Below, piece by piece: positions 9,793 through 21,338 of a stretch of DNA of 64,000 nt. Each line of letters begins with the position of its first letter. Within the stretch, counting starts at the first letter, position 1. The position numbers were made by a program, and so were the translations under genes. Origin of the DNA: Sedimentisphaerales bacterium (lineage in GTDB: Bacteria > Planctomycetota > Phycisphaerae > Sedimentisphaerales > Anaerobacaceae); assembly GCA_963708075.1 (NCBI GenBank), contig OY970194.1:2752001-2816000 (forward strand), in the 5' to 3' direction. The notes under the pieces were generated by a model, which was not told the DNA's origin, did not search any database, and saw only the letters and a program-made list of their open reading frames with translations.

Positions 9793-10221
9793 TCAATCCG
9801 CAGATTTCGCAGATTTTCGCAGATTTTGAAAGATGAGCCGTTTGACTTCGAGACTTGCACGCCCGAAGTTCAACAGCAGACCACGCTCCAGGCGAGCGGC
9901 TTTCAGGTAGTTGATCATCTTGGCGTCTTCGACACTGGTCATGTTCTGCAGCGCCTTGAGTTCAACGATTACACTCTCATAGCATACGAAATCCGCTCGG
10001 TACGCACAGGACAACCGTCGACCTTTGAAACAGACCGGCAACTCCGGTTCTCGCTGGAAGGGAATTCCAAGATCCGCAAATTCTATCGCCAACGCCTCCT
10101 GATACACCGCTTCCAAGAACCCCGGGCCGAGTTCTCGATGCACCTCCATCGCCGCACCGATGATGGCATGTGTCTGTGGGTCTCTCGAATCTGCGTCCAT
10201 CTGCGAAATCTGCGGATCCAT
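9793..10221 (-). CDS. GxxExxY protein (PD-(D/E)XK nuclease-like)
   Basis: [50 protein letters not shown]. Confidence 0.93.
   Translation of the reverse strand: MDPQISQMDADSRDPQTHAIIGAAMEVHRELGPGFLEAVYQEALAIEFADLGIPFQREPELPVCFKGRRLSCAYRADFVCYESVIVELKALQNMTSVEDAKMINYLKAARLERGLLLNFGRASLEVKRLIFQNLRKSAKSAD
9796..10217. repeat. 30-bp terminal inverted repeats bracketing the GxxExxY ORF
   Basis: 9796-9825 matches the reverse complement of 10188-10217 at 27/30 positions. Confidence 0.85.
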
Positions 10222-10285
10222 TTCGTCCCTTCGAAACAGTGTTGACTCGATCCTGATTGTCCTCGCACACGAGGTTGTTCGTGAT

Positions 10286-10954
10286 TCAGTCCTTTGGTTC
10301 CTCAAAGCTGAAGTGCACGCGGTATTTCATGAGCTTCAGATTCGGTATTGCTCTGGCAGCATACCGGATCGGCTCGGGGAAATCGCTCGCGATGAGGATC
10401 GCTCTGACCTTCTCTGTCTTCATAAACCATCCGATATAGCGTGCAATTTGGCCGATTGCCGAGTCCTTGGCTTCTCCCACCTTGACTTCGATGACGGTCG
10501 TGACGCCCCGCGCATCTCGGCCCTGAATATCGACTCGCCCAACATCTGTGGCCACTTGGCGGGCTATGTAGACCAATCCCGGTTCGATTTGACCAAGGTC
10601 TTGCACCAGGTGGTCTTCCATGTCTCGTTCGAGGCTAATGCTGGATTGCACCAACTCTTCCGGACCTTCCTCAGACTCGATCTCCTCGCCCGGTGCCCAT
10701 TCATTCGGCCCGTGAATCTTCTCGTCGTACAGCACGAATGTTCCATCTGAGTTCTTGTACAGGAACCGCTCGGCTGATGGATGATGTATGTACGCTTTCG
10801 GATTGTTGATCTGGCAAGCGTACAGGTGAGCCTGAACCGAAGATACCTTCCACTGGCCGGGATATCTTTCCTCAACCGCACGTTTCACCATGTCGCTGGT
10901 CACTGGGCCTGCCGTTTCCTGCATATACTGTTTGATCGCCTCTGCCAACGTCAT
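10286..10954 (-). CDS. NucS/DUF91-like endonuclease domain protein
   Basis: [34 protein letters not shown]. Confidence 0.8.
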   Translation of the reverse strand: MTLAEAIKQYMQETAGPVTSDMVKRAVEERYPGQWKVSSVQAHLYACQINNPKAYIHHPSAERFLYKNSDGTFVLYDEKIHGPNEWAPGEEIESEEGPEELVQSSISLERDMEDHLVQDLGQIEPGLVYIARQVATDVGRVDIQGRDARGVTTVIEVKVGEAKDSAIGQIARYIGWFMKTEKVRAILIASDFPEPIRYAARAIPNLKLMKYRVHFSFEEPKD

Positions 10955-11236
10955 GGTCTGGGTCTCCTTTCATACACGAGCAACTGCCTTATGTCTTGTC
11001 ATACCCGCTGTCAGCGCAAGGGCATTGCATGTTCATGGTCCGATCATCAGTTGAACCACAAGATCATCGCATCGTCCTCTGGATATGACCGAGAGAATAG
11101 CATAGTACGTCCACCACATCAACAGGGATGGCGAGAGAATCCGCACATCGAGTCTTTGTGGCCAGTTCTTGGCGTATAGAGGATGGCACCGGCAGATCGG
11201 GCGATGTTCTATTTCAGCGTGCGGAGTGTCCGAATG

Positions 11237-11431
11237 CTATTTGCTCTTCGATGAAGATTGCGTGGGCGGTATCTTGACGCCTTCGCGCCGGGCCTGATTC
11301 AGGCCGATGGCGATGGCCTGTTTGCGGCTCTTGACTTTCTTGCCGGAGCGCCCGCTCTTCAGAGTCCCCTTCTTCCGTTCGTGCATTGTCTTTTCGACTT
11401 TTTCAGATGCTTTCTTCCCATACCTGGCCAT
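11237..11431 (-). CDS. DUF6496-like small basic protein
   Basis: KVEKTMHERKKGTLKSGRSGKKVKSRKQAIAIGL. Confidence 0.85.
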   Translation of the reverse strand: MARYGKKASEKVEKTMHERKKGTLKSGRSGKKVKSRKQAIAIGLNQARREGVKIPPTQSSSKSK

Positions 11432-11615
11432 TGCTGCTCACCTTCTCAAAAAGGACGCTACACACTCCTTTTCCTTATCCGTGCCTGAGAATAATAGCAC
11501 AATACCAGGGAAGACGGCTCATAAGCATTCTCCCGAAACAAACAGACCGTTTCGCGCAAGGGAGCACTATCTGGTGACCTCCAGGTTCCTGACGACACCT
11601 GCCAGACAACTCCTG

Positions 11616-12176
11616 CTATACATAGCGTCTCACGCGATGGCAGTACTGTGCGTACTCATCGCCGAACGCCGTCTGCAGATGCTGTTCCTCGGCCAGAACG
11701 ATCTTGTGGTGAACGGTGACAACAAAGACGCCGATGAGAAGCAGGATTGGATTGAGCGTATAGAGTATGCAGGCAAGAATCGTCGCATCGACACCCAGGT
11801 ACATCGGATTGCGGCTGAATCGGAACAGCCCATGCGTCTTCAAGCGTGTGCTCTCTTTGGCGGAACCGATTCTGAAAGAGTCCCCGAGTCCGAGCCGCCC
11901 GATGAGCAGCAGCGTGAAACCGGCCACCCACAGGACAAGCGAGACCCATTTCAACACGCGTGGGACGTCCACAAAGGCAAGACCAATGCCCCAACTGTGC
12001 AGAACCATCGCGGCCCATAGCACAAGGATCGCGTACTTGCTGCTGTAAAAAAGCCCTTTGCCGATGGGCGGTTTGCCGTCCATGTCAATGCTCCTGCGCC
12101 GAAACAGGGCCCCGCCACCGAAGAGGATAATCAGAAACAAAACCGGAAGTACTGTCACAACGATGGGCTCGACCAT
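11616..12176 (-). CDS. Isoprenylcysteine carboxylmethyltransferase/PEMT family membrane protein
   Basis: LKTHGLFRFSRNPMYLG, EEQHL...FGDEY..YC.RVRRY. Confidence 0.88.
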   Translation of the reverse strand: MVEPIVVTVLPVLFLIILFGGGALFRRRSIDMDGKPPIGKGLFYSSKYAILVLWAAMVLHSWGIGLAFVDVPRVLKWVSLVLWVAGFTLLLIGRLGLGDSFRIGSAKESTRLKTHGLFRFSRNPMYLGVDATILACILYTLNPILLLIGVFVVTVHHKIVLAEEQHLQTAFGDEYAQYCHRVRRYV

Positions 12177-12259
12177 AAATAGCCTCCTTGTCCAATGTCT
12201 CTCCAGCGGCCGGCGGAGTTCTCAGATCCACAATGAGTCCGGCCCAGGCGATCCCCGCG

Positions 12260-12937
12260 TCAATCGACGAGGGTTTGAACCATTGCGAGATTCACCTTCT
12301 CCAGGGAATCACAGATTACGTCGGCGCCGGACAGTCTCTCGGCGGACACAGTATTCGTCACGGCGATGCACTTGGCCCCCGCGGCCTTGGCGGCCCGCAC
12401 GCCGCTGGGGGCGTCTTCAAATACGACACAGCGAGCGGCCTCGATGCCAAGTCTGCGGATTGCGATCAGAAAGATCTGCGGGTCGGGCTTTTTCTTCGTG
12501 ACCTCACTGCCGCTGACGTACGCCATCCGCTGATATGGCACTTTCACGGCCTCCAGAATCGCCTCCGACAACTCCCGCGTCGCCGAGGTCGCAATGGCCA
12601 GTCGAAAGCCGTCCTGTCCCAAAGCCGCATGGATCAAGTCCAGCACTCCGGGAAAAGCCGGCAGCCCTTCCTTGCGCACGGTTTCCGCCAGGTATCGCTC
12701 GCGGACCTGGGCGGCGGCACGGGCCTGCTCGTCGGTCAATTCCAGACCGTGGACCCTCGCCCCGGCCTTGACATAGGCCTCCGCCCCCCTGCCGTACCCC
12801 GCGGCGAAGTCCTCGTACTTGACGCCCTTGAGGCCGAACATCTCATCGAGAACCCGAATCGTAACCTTCGCATTGATCGGCTCGGTGTCGCCGATCAACC
12901 CGTCCACGTCGAAGATCAAACCGTACTCTGCATTCAT
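12260..12937 (-). CDS. HAD-family phosphatase (beta-PGM-like)
   Basis: IFDVDGLIGDTE, ATS, KKPDPQIF, FEDAPSGV.AAKAAG. Confidence 0.9.
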   Translation of the reverse strand: MNAEYGLIFDVDGLIGDTEPINAKVTIRVLDEMFGLKGVKYEDFAAGYGRGAEAYVKAGARVHGLELTDEQARAAAQVRERYLAETVRKEGLPAFPGVLDLIHAALGQDGFRLAIATSATRELSEAILEAVKVPYQRMAYVSGSEVTKKKPDPQIFLIAIRRLGIEAARCVVFEDAPSGVRAAKAAGAKCIAVTNTVSAERLSGADVICDSLEKVNLAMVQTLVD

Positions 12938-13297
12938 ATCATTCACCCTTAAGGCAATCGCAAAGATGAACGTGATAACATTCTGTCCGGCTTTCTGCAA
13001 CCTTTTCGCTCTTCATGCGTCCGCTACGATAGCGGGACGGTGTGGCGTTCGGACTTGAATCCCGCCGGACCGGCGGAGACGCAGTACATTGCCTCTGTGC
13101 GTGTCCCCGCAGAAAGGAGTGTGGAGTATGAAATCGAACCTGTTCCGCAGATCGCTGTCTTGTGGGTGGTGGCGATTCTCACTGTCGCAGCGGGAGGTCG
13201 GGATGAAGTTCCGGGAGATTGCAGACTCCCGAAACGCGAAACGCCATGATCAAGTTCTACCAGCTCGAAGGCAAGACCCTCTGCTTCATCATCGGCT

Positions 13298-13765
13298 CTA
13301 AAGAGAAAGGCGTCGCCGACTGACGTCTGTCTGTGCATAGGGCATCACCCGATGCCGCATGCGCAGAAGCAGAGCTACCATAAGAATCGCCTGGACCAGA
13401 CCCTCCGCGAAATCAACAAAGACCACCCAGAACATGCCGCCCCGCTGGTCCGGCGGCACCTGGGAGAACAGGACGATCAGCCCAACAGGAGCGAGAATCA
13501 GGCTTCCTACACCCGCGATCCAGATCAGCGGGAGGTAGCGCGGGATGTCCATGGAGGCGACAAGGAATATCAGCCCCACAAAGGCATACATGATCATCAG
13601 CATCCGCCATAGATAGGTCACGAGAATCCCTACCGGAGTCCCGGGTGCCCCTTTATTGATCCAGTAAGCCACCCACGATTGAGGCATCACCGCCGCAAAA
13701 AAAGCAAACAGCGTAGTGAGGCACATGAACCGTAGCAGCCATTTCAATCCTGTTTCCGCCGTCAT
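13298..13765 (-). CDS. Hypothetical membrane protein
   Basis: Four hydrophobic segments; GAAGGA upstream. Confidence 0.65.
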   Translation of the reverse strand: MTAETGLKWLLRFMCLTTLFAFFAAVMPQSWVAYWINKGAPGTPVGILVTYLWRMLMIMYAFVGLIFLVASMDIPRYLPLIWIAGVGSLILAPVGLIVLFSQVPPDQRGGMFWVVFVDFAEGLVQAILMVALLLRMRHRVMPYAQTDVSRRRLSL

Positions 13766-13865
13766 AGGGCCGTCCTTCCACTCGGCACGCTATTTCTCCT
13801 CTCCCACCGTACACATCACGTCATGGCATTTCAGGCCAGTCAATCTGTATTCGGGTGTCAAGGCG

Positions 13866-14954
13866 CTATAGCTTATGAGGGCCGATCATAGGGCGTGGTT
13901 TCTCACGGTGATCGGCGATCAGGGAGGCTATGACCCCTACAGTCAGGATCAGGAACACCAACGCCAGCAAGTAGAAGTTGAAATGCTCTCCGATGGCTGC
14001 CTTGAGCCATTTGGCAATCAACATCTTGACTCCCACGACCATCAGCACCAGCGCGAGCGACACTTTGAGGTAGCGGAACTTGTCCACCATCCCGGCCAGG
14101 GCGAAATAGAGCGATCGCAAGCCGAGGATGGCAAAGACGTTGCTCGTGAACACCAGGAACGGGTCGGCCGTGATGGCGAAGATGGCGGGGATCGAGTCCA
14201 CCGCGAAAATCAGGTCCGTCGATTCAATCACGGCAAGGGCCAGTGCCAAAGGCGTCAGCAGCAGCGCGCCGTGCCTGGCTCTATCCACCATCTCGTCCGG
14301 CTCAATGGCCATACCGGGTTGTTCGCTCTCGCGGGAGGCCCGTGTCCCGGCCCGCACGATGAAGTGCTCCCCGTGGAATCGGGCCGTGACCGGAAACCAC
14401 CGCCGCACCAGACGCACAACAACGTTCTGGTTCGGGTCCTTGTGCTCCGTCTTCATGACCAGCATCTTGATCGCCGTGAGGATCAGGAAGACGCCAAAGA
14501 TATACAGAACCCAGTGAAACTCCGCGATGAGTTTTGCGCCGATGGCGATCATCGCGCCTCGCATCACCAAAGCGCCCAGGATGCCCCAGAATAGCACCCG
14601 GTGCTGATAGATCGCCGGCACCGCGAAAAAGCCGAACATCATCGCGATCACGAAGATGTTGTCCACGCTCAGCGATTTTTCGACAATGTAACCGGTCAGA
14701 TACTTCTGAGTTGCCGTCCAGCCGCTATTGACCAACCCGTCGGCGGCATCCACCCCGACCCCAAGTCCAAACCACTGGCCCTCATAGCCGAAGTACACGA
14801 ACAGGGAAAAAGCCAGCCCCAGGGTAATCCACACCGCGGACCACGCGAGGGCCTCTTTCACCGAGACCACGTGGGCCTTGCGGTGAAAGACACCAAGGTC
14901 CAACGTCAGCATCAGCAGCACAAAGGCGATAAAGCCTGCATAAAGCCAGATCAT
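13866..14954 (-). CDS. TerC/Alx family metal-homeostasis membrane protein
   Basis: LDLGVFHRK, EKSLSVDNIFV, TDLIFAVDSIPAIFAIT, SNVFAILGLRSLYF. Confidence 0.93.
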   Translation of the reverse strand: MIWLYAGFIAFVLLMLTLDLGVFHRKAHVVSVKEALAWSAVWITLGLAFSLFVYFGYEGQWFGLGVGVDAADGLVNSGWTATQKYLTGYIVEKSLSVDNIFVIAMMFGFFAVPAIYQHRVLFWGILGALVMRGAMIAIGAKLIAEFHWVLYIFGVFLILTAIKMLVMKTEHKDPNQNVVVRLVRRWFPVTARFHGEHFIVRAGTRASRESEQPGMAIEPDEMVDRARHGALLLTPLALALAVIESTDLIFAVDSIPAIFAITADPFLVFTSNVFAILGLRSLYFALAGMVDKFRYLKVSLALVLMVVGVKMLIAKWLKAAIGEHFNFYLLALVFLILTVGVIASLIADHREKPRPMIGPHKL

Positions 14955-15236
14955 TTCATTTTCCCTGTCAACCGTATCCCGGCGTCTATCATCGTTCCTG
15001 TGAATCTGCCGGACGCCCACATCCGGACTCTCTTACGTGTCGCAGACATCATAGTGCGGCACGCCGGCCAGTCAATGCCGATCCCGCATTTCTGTATCCT
15101 CGGCTCTTGATGGTAAATCGAGGGCGATAGACTAAAATGACGGGGCGCAGCGTTTCCACATTGACAGCCGGTTGTTGGTGTTTGGCGACTTTTGCTGATG
15201 CTTGAGGATAGGATACTGGTCACAATATCGGATTGG

Positions 15237-16250
15237 ATGACCCGCCCGGCATGGGCGCTGGAGCAGACCATCGACGCATTGAAGAATGTCCGGGCTGTAT
15301 ACATTGCCGGGCGTTTGCACAATCCCTGGCGCGACGTTGAGGCGGACTTTGAGATCTGGGCCCGGCCGAAGAGTGGCAATTCAACCCGATCGGGTGATTG
15401 TCGCTACCGGGAAGGAGACTATCATCTCTGCGTGGCCTCGCAAGCCGAGAATGTCACATATGTCTACGAGCGATACCAGAACCCGAAACAGGACGTGGTC
15501 TATATTACAGACGGCCTCAATCGAGGCGCGCACACCTTCCCCAGCGGCGACGTGCTGGCGGAATTCAAAGCCATGGCGGAGGACTGGCGGGAGGAAATCC
15601 GCAAGGACCCTCAGACGGGCAAGTCGTACGTGGATATTACGTTCACAGGGCCGGAGGTCAATACGGCCAAGCATTGGCTGATCCAGGTCGACCTGGAGAC
15701 CAAGTTGCCCATCCGCACCGCCGTCTGGTTCAACGAGGACCGCCAGGGCCCACCTCACTACGAGTTCACCAAGATAGAGTACGATCCTGACATCCCTGAA
15801 GGGTACTTCAACTTCACACCGCCGGCTGGCGCACAGATCATCGATTGTCGAGAGCTCGACAGGCTGGTCGCCCAGAACTCTAACGTCGGGACCTCTGTCG
15901 ACCAACTCGGGTATGAGGAGGCCTGCAAGAAGGTCATCGCAGCCTACTGGAAAGCCGTGATTGCCAAGGACTGGAATGCCGTTCAGACGCTTCGGTCTCT
16001 CGCAACGGGTAAAAGCCTGGCCGATCTACAGGCAGTCTATGCTGCTTACGGATCCATCGAGCAGGCAAGCATCTCCAGGATGAACCATCTCAACGATCCG
16101 GGGACATTCGTTGAAGTGTTCTGCATCCTTAGGATGAAGGACGGCTCTACCCACCACTCGCTGCTCAACGTGGCCCTGCAGGACACGCCTGCCGGCAGGA
16201 TTGGCGTCGTCGCCGGGTCCGCCGGCCCGGAGTTCTATGACGCCGAGTAG
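15237..16250 (+). pseudogene. 5'-truncated paralog of the anti-sigma-type protein at 16978
   Basis: Begins TRPAWALEQTIDALKNV, which aligns to TPAYAVEQTVAAIKKV at about residue 70 of the 16978 protein; shares DLETKLPI and PEGYFNFTPP.GA; no N-terminal cytoplasmic or TM segment. Confidence 0.55.
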
Positions 16251-16278
16251 TTCACAGGTCATACGGTGCTATGCACCT

Positions 16279-16309
16279 GGCCGCCGATTTCACCCTCGGC
16301 GGCCTCTTT
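16279..16309 (+). terminator. Rho-independent terminator
   Basis: GGCCGCCGA-loop-TCGGCGGCC followed by TCTTT. Confidence 0.6.
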
Positions 16310-16441
16310 CATGCGCCGCCGACATGGCCGGTGTCACCAACGAGTCTGGCAAGAAATACTCGCGGGCTATAGACTAATCCTCGTCGGCTATTCGTGTAGT
16401 ATGTGATTGACGGCCGTTCCCGGGAGGTCTGAAGAGTTGCG

Positions 16442-16981
16442 ATGGAAGATACGTGGCTGATCCTGCGATTCAAGCGGGGCAGCGTGGATGCCCTCTGCCG
16501 CATCTACGAGAAGTACGTGCGCGCGATGCTCGCCGTTGCATTCGGGCTCTTGAACGACCACTGCGCCGCGGAGGACGTTGTGCACGACGTCTTTGTCGCG
16601 TTCGCTCAATCGGCCGAGCGGCTCTCGCCGGCAGGCAGCCTGCGGAGCTATCTGACGACCTGCACGGCGAACCTCGCCCGGGACCGGCACAGGGCGATGG
16701 TTCGGCAGGCACGATGCCTGGAACGTGCGCAGAGCACAGGAGACGATGTCCCATCGCCGCTCACAAAGATACTCCGGGATGAGGAATTGCGGCAGGTGAG
16801 CGATGCCCTGTCGCAGTTGCCCTATGAGCAGAGGGAGGCGGTGGTCCTGCACTTGAAGGCCGGCATAACCTTCGGGGCGATGGCCAAGGCACAGGGCCTC
16901 TCGATCAACACCGTCCAAAGCCGGTATCGCTACGGAATCGACAAGCTGCGATCCATGCTGAATGGAGAGGTTGAGTCATGA
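16442..16981 (+). CDS. ECF-type RNA polymerase sigma factor
   Basis: AEDVVHDVF, LRSYL...AN.ARD, LPYEQREAVVLH, TVQSRYRYGIDKLR. Confidence 0.92.
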   Translation: MEDTWLILRFKRGSVDALCRIYEKYVRAMLAVAFGLLNDHCAAEDVVHDVFVAFAQSAERLSPAGSLRSYLTTCTANLARDRHRAMVRQARCLERAQSTGDDVPSPLTKILRDEELRQVSDALSQLPYEQREAVVLHLKAGITFGAMAKAQGLSINTVQSRYRYGIDKLRSMLNGEVES

Positions 16982-19401
16982 AACCTGCAGAGCACATAGA
17001 GAAGCTGATCCGAAGGCTGAACGTCGAGCCCAGCGCCGAAATGCGTGAGCGGACACTTGCGGATATGGTGACGGCACACGTCAGAGGAAGCCCAATCCGG
17101 ATTTCGAGATTCCTTCCGTTCGGTGCGGTGGCCGCCGGCTTTGTGCTGCTGGGCCTGCTTGGGGCGGCCGTCCTTTATAAAGCCGCCACGCCGGCCTATG
17201 CCGTCGAGCAGACGGTCGCTGCGATCAAGAAAGTCCCGGTAGTCCACATCCTCGGCAGGGACTGGGACAATAAACGAATTGAAATGTGGGTCAGGGTGCA
17301 TCCGGATACGGGCTTAATGGATTCCTGCCACGTCAAATACCTCGACGACGACAGGTCCATGGTCTCAACTCCGAAGAACACATACGACTACGATAGTAAG
17401 GCGAACACTGTCCGCATCAAGGATGGGCCCAGCGTCACGTCCATCTTCTGCCTCGGTGATTTCTTCCAGGGCATGGAGCGCCTGGCCAAAACGCTCGACG
17501 GCCAGATCACCTATTCGGAAGTCACCGACCCCGGCACCAAGCGCGGTATGCTTGAACTGAAGCTGAGTTCGCCGCAGACGGAGATCATCTGCTTGATCGA
17601 TCCGAAGACCAAGCTGCCGATCAGCATTCACGCCACTCGGGGGGGACGGTACGGCTCCTACGATATCCTCAAGCATGCCACGGAAATCTATTACAGCGAT
17701 ACCCCGCCGGAGGGGATGTTCGACTTCACCATCCCGGACGGCGCCAACGTCTCCGTGGAGACGTCGGAAGACCCGCTCCAGAGCTTGCCGGTGAGCGTCC
17801 TGCGATACTGCGGCGAGTTCCACGTCAAGACGGTCCAGGAGTTGGCAAAGCCCCGGAATATTGGCGTGAACACGCGCATGTATTTCATCGACAGCGAGTT
17901 CAATCTCCACGATGGTGCGTTCGTGGGGATCTACAACGACTCGAACGAGGTCTGGAAGGGTGAGATTGGCGTCTTCAATGTCGATCCGCCGCAAATGGCG
18001 ATGTTTGATGCGGCCACAGGAAAGAAGCAGCAGATCCGCCTGGTGCAGCACAGGCAGTCCCCGCCGGGTCGATTCAGGGTTTACTGGCAGTTCGAGGAGC
18101 CCTTGGCCCCTGGCCAGACGCGGTATGGCATCTTCTGGACAAGTGAACTGAAGAAGTTGCCAAGCGCGTCAAGCGATGGCGCTCGCTCGTTGACCATGCG
18201 CAATCGGCTCGGTTGCGAAGGAATCGAGAACTTCATGCTCATTGTGCCGAAAGGGATTGACGTCCACAACTGCTCCAGGCCATTCGAGTTGGATGGGGAT
18301 GTGGACGACTACAGGGTGTATACCTGGCAGCGGCAGCTCCCCGCCGAGATGATCGTCAACCAGGTCGATGTCGCCCTGTCGCGTCCATCTGCGGACTACT
18401 CGAACGACTACATCCGCGACAACACCGGCAAGGTCCTCGTCGAGATCCCCGAGGTATTCGAGCTGGCCAATATTGCCATCGCCATTTCGGAAGTCGGGCT
18501 CAAGGACCCGTACAAGGTGAACAAACGTGGTGATTACTACCAGCGAGTGCTCAAGCATTTTCTGCCGTTCAAGGACCATCCCCTGATTGCCCAGCCTGCG
18601 CTGCATCACAACTATGGCTATATGTTCCGCGACAACAGCCTCTGTTATGCCTTCGAGGGGGATAAGATCATCACCACGGGACCCTATCGCAATATTCGCC
18701 GGCCCGATTTGTTCGGGCAGCAACTCGCACAGGCGCAGGATTTCGCCAACGTGAGCGGTTTCAGGCAGTTCTATCGGGACAATCTTCCCTTCTATCAGCA
18801 GCAGATCGAGCTCTACCGACAGAAGGCTCCGCTCCAGAAGATGTGGACGTGGCTGGAGGAACGGTTCCCCGCCAGGCACGATTGCTACAAGGTGGTATTC
18901 TCCCCCCTGCTCGGCGCCTCCCACGAGACGTGCTGCTTCGCGAGAAAGGGTTTCAGCGAAACCATCATGTTCGTCAGCGGTCCCGACGACTCCGCCGAGA
19001 CCTCCAACAGAGGCGAGGACGGTCTTCTTTCCCGGAGCGTGTTCACTGAGATCGACCACAACTACGTCAACGCGATCACCGCGCAGTATATCGATCAGGT
19101 GAACAAGGCCCTTGCCGATCTGGACAAGTGGGGCCGGGACACCGGATACGGGTCGCCTGAGATGACGTTCAACGAGTACATGACCTGGGCGGTGTTCATC
19201 CTGTACGCCTATGACACCTATGAGACCCAGTACTTCGAGGCGATCAAGCAGCATGTGATTCGCCAGATGATCGAGGGGCGGGGATTCATCCGATTCGGGG
19301 AATTCACCGGAGAGTTGCTGCGGCTTTATCGCGGTCGTACTCCGGGCCAGTCCATCCCTGATCTGTACCCGGCCATTCTCGACTGGGCTCGAAACAACTG
19401 A
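16978..19401 (+). CDS. Putative anti-sigma membrane protein with LolA-like region and C-terminal DUF4932-like domain
   Basis: ATGA overlap with the ECF gene; single TM; C-terminal IPEVFELANI, TEIDHNYVN, FNEYMTWAVF. Confidence 0.7.
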   Translation: MKPAEHIEKLIRRLNVEPSAEMRERTLADMVTAHVRGSPIRISRFLPFGAVAAGFVLLGLLGAAVLYKAATPAYAVEQTVAAIKKVPVVHILGRDWDNKRIEMWVRVHPDTGLMDSCHVKYLDDDRSMVSTPKNTYDYDSKANTVRIKDGPSVTSIFCLGDFFQGMERLAKTLDGQITYSEVTDPGTKRGMLELKLSSPQTEIICLIDPKTKLPISIHATRGGRYGSYDILKHATEIYYSDTPPEGMFDFTIPDGANVSVETSEDPLQSLPVSVLRYCGEFHVKTVQELAKPRNIGVNTRMYFIDSEFNLHDGAFVGIYNDSNEVWKGEIGVFNVDPPQMAMFDAATGKKQQIRLVQHRQSPPGRFRVYWQFEEPLAPGQTRYGIFWTSELKKLPSASSDGARSLTMRNRLGCEGIENFMLIVPKGIDVHNCSRPFELDGDVDDYRVYTWQRQLPAEMIVNQVDVALSRPSADYSNDYIRDNTGKVLVEIPEVFELANIAIAISEVGLKDPYKVNKRGDYYQRVLKHFLPFKDHPLIAQPALHHNYGYMFRDNSLCYAFEGDKIITTGPYRNIRRPDLFGQQLAQAQDFANVSGFRQFYRDNLPFYQQQIELYRQKAPLQKMWTWLEERFPARHDCYKVVFSPLLGASHETCCFARKGFSETIMFVSGPDDSAETSNRGEDGLLSRSVFTEIDHNYVNAITAQYIDQVNKALADLDKWGRDTGYGSPEMTFNEYMTWAVFILYAYDTYETQYFEAIKQHVIRQMIEGRGFIRFGEFTGELLRLYRGRTPGQSIPDLYPAILDWARNN

Positions 19402-19470
19402 TGCCGATTTTACTCCACGGGAGCCGGCTGAGTGAGAGTCGAGATGCGAGCAAGGAGAAAGGAACTGAAT

Positions 19471-21211
19471 ATGCGGAGTTCTACGGCGAGAATGATTGTA
19501 GTTATCACCCTTGTTTGTTCCTGGGAATTCCATCTTTCAACTTGCCTGGCTGCGGAGCCTCAGGAGCATGTCACGACGAAGCGGCCTTATGTCCTCAACA
19601 CTGACGTGGTCATCACGCTTGAAAAAGGCCGGACCGTACAACTGGACTTTGCAGCAAATCCTTACGGCCTGGAGAAGTATGTCCTCTCCTATTTCGAGGA
19701 AGCCGGTACGGAAATCATCGGGGGCGACGGCTACGTGGCTGATGGCCAACGCACCCGTGGCGGCAGTCGAATCGATCTGGACGGGGCGATTCGACAGATT
19801 GGGCACACGCCATGCCTGGCCATCGCCAGGTGGAACGTCCGCGAGGGGAAGGCTCACATCGACTTCTGCGTCAGTGACAACCTTGAACGAAACCATCGCG
19901 AGTACCGCCAGTATAGTGCCGGCAACAAGAATATGAGCATACAGTATAGAGAACCGACAGCTTATCCCTGCGATCGAGCTGTCGGAGGCGGAACGTCTGG
20001 CGGGCTTCATTCGTCTCTGGAGCGAAGCCAAGTTCAACTTCGTCTTCTGGGAGCGCGTCCCGGACGTTGACTGGGACGCGGTGCTTCTCGAGTATCTGCC
20101 CAAGGTTCAGGAAGCGAAGACCGACGTTGAATACTACCGGGTACTGAAGCGATGCATCGCCCTGCTGCGCGACGGTCACACCAGCGTCTGGGGCCCGTCG
20201 GGCGAGCCGGGGTGTCGGCCGCCCGTGGAGATTGCCGCCGTGCAAGGCAAGGCGGTCATCGTCCAGGTCTATCCGGCCGAACAGATCAAATCGCCGGAAC
20301 TGAAAGCAGAACTGCTTGCCGCCCGTCTCACACGTGGCGACGAGATCACACACATTGACAGTCGACCCGTTGAAGAAATTCTGACCAATGACTTGTATCC
20401 CTATGTCGCTGCTTCTACCGTGCAACAGAAGGAGCTTCAAGTGTACCCGCAATTGGCCAGAGGCGAGCCTGCAACCAAGGCGACCATGCGCATTCGCGAT
20501 TCAGAGGGGACCGAGCGAGAAGTCCGTCTGACAAGAGGATACTACAGCTTCCCGCACGAGGAGAAGCCGTTCCTGCGAGACTTGCCCGGCGAGATCGTCC
20601 TTATCAGCCTGAATTCCTTCGACTCCGATGGCACTATCCAACAGTTCGAGGGAGCGTTCGACAAGGTCCTGGCGGCCAAAGGATTGATTCTCGATCTGCG
20701 TGATAACGGCGGCGGCAATTCGGGCATCGGCTATGCGATACTGAAGAAGTTGATCGACAAGCCCGTGGCGGGATCGCGTTGGAAGACACGCCGGTACCTG
20801 CCGGCATTTCGAGCCTGGGGTCGCAAGGAAGAATGGCATGAGGGCGATCACGGCACGATCGAACCGTCCAAGGGCCCACGGTACCAGGGTCCCGTGGTCG
20901 TCCTGACGGGTCCGGCCACTGCAAGTGCTGCGGAGGATTTCGTAGTGGCGTTTCAGACCAGTGCTCGCGGCAAAGTCGTCGGACGCAGGACCCTGGGTTC
21001 CACGGGGCAACCCCTCACGATCAAGCTGCCCGGCGGAGGCGGGGCCCGCATCTGCACCAAGTGGGACACATATCCGGATGGACGCGAGTTCGTGGGCACC
21101 GGCTGCATTCCCGATGTGGAGGTGGCCCTCACAAGAGCGGACATCGCCGCCGGACGAGACGTCGTGCTTGAAAGAGCCCTGGCGGTGCTCCGCGAGCAGC
21201 CAACTCCATGA
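19471..21211 (+). CDS. S41 family peptidase (tricorn C1 + PDZ + catalytic); split by a +1 frameshift near 19937-19975
   Basis: Second frame reads ELSEAERLAGFIRLWSEAKFNF...DWD, DGHT, LILDLRDNGGG, TASAAEDF, GTGCIPDV. Confidence 0.85.
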
Positions 21212-21338
21212 AGCAACCTGCATCGTTGCCGCGGATAGAATGACGTTGCAGTCCCCAACCTGCCGGATTATCCTACGGGGCAATGGATAGGCGGCTATCC
21301 AGGCAGTTCTCCAGTACTCCAAAGGCAAGGAGGAAAAC

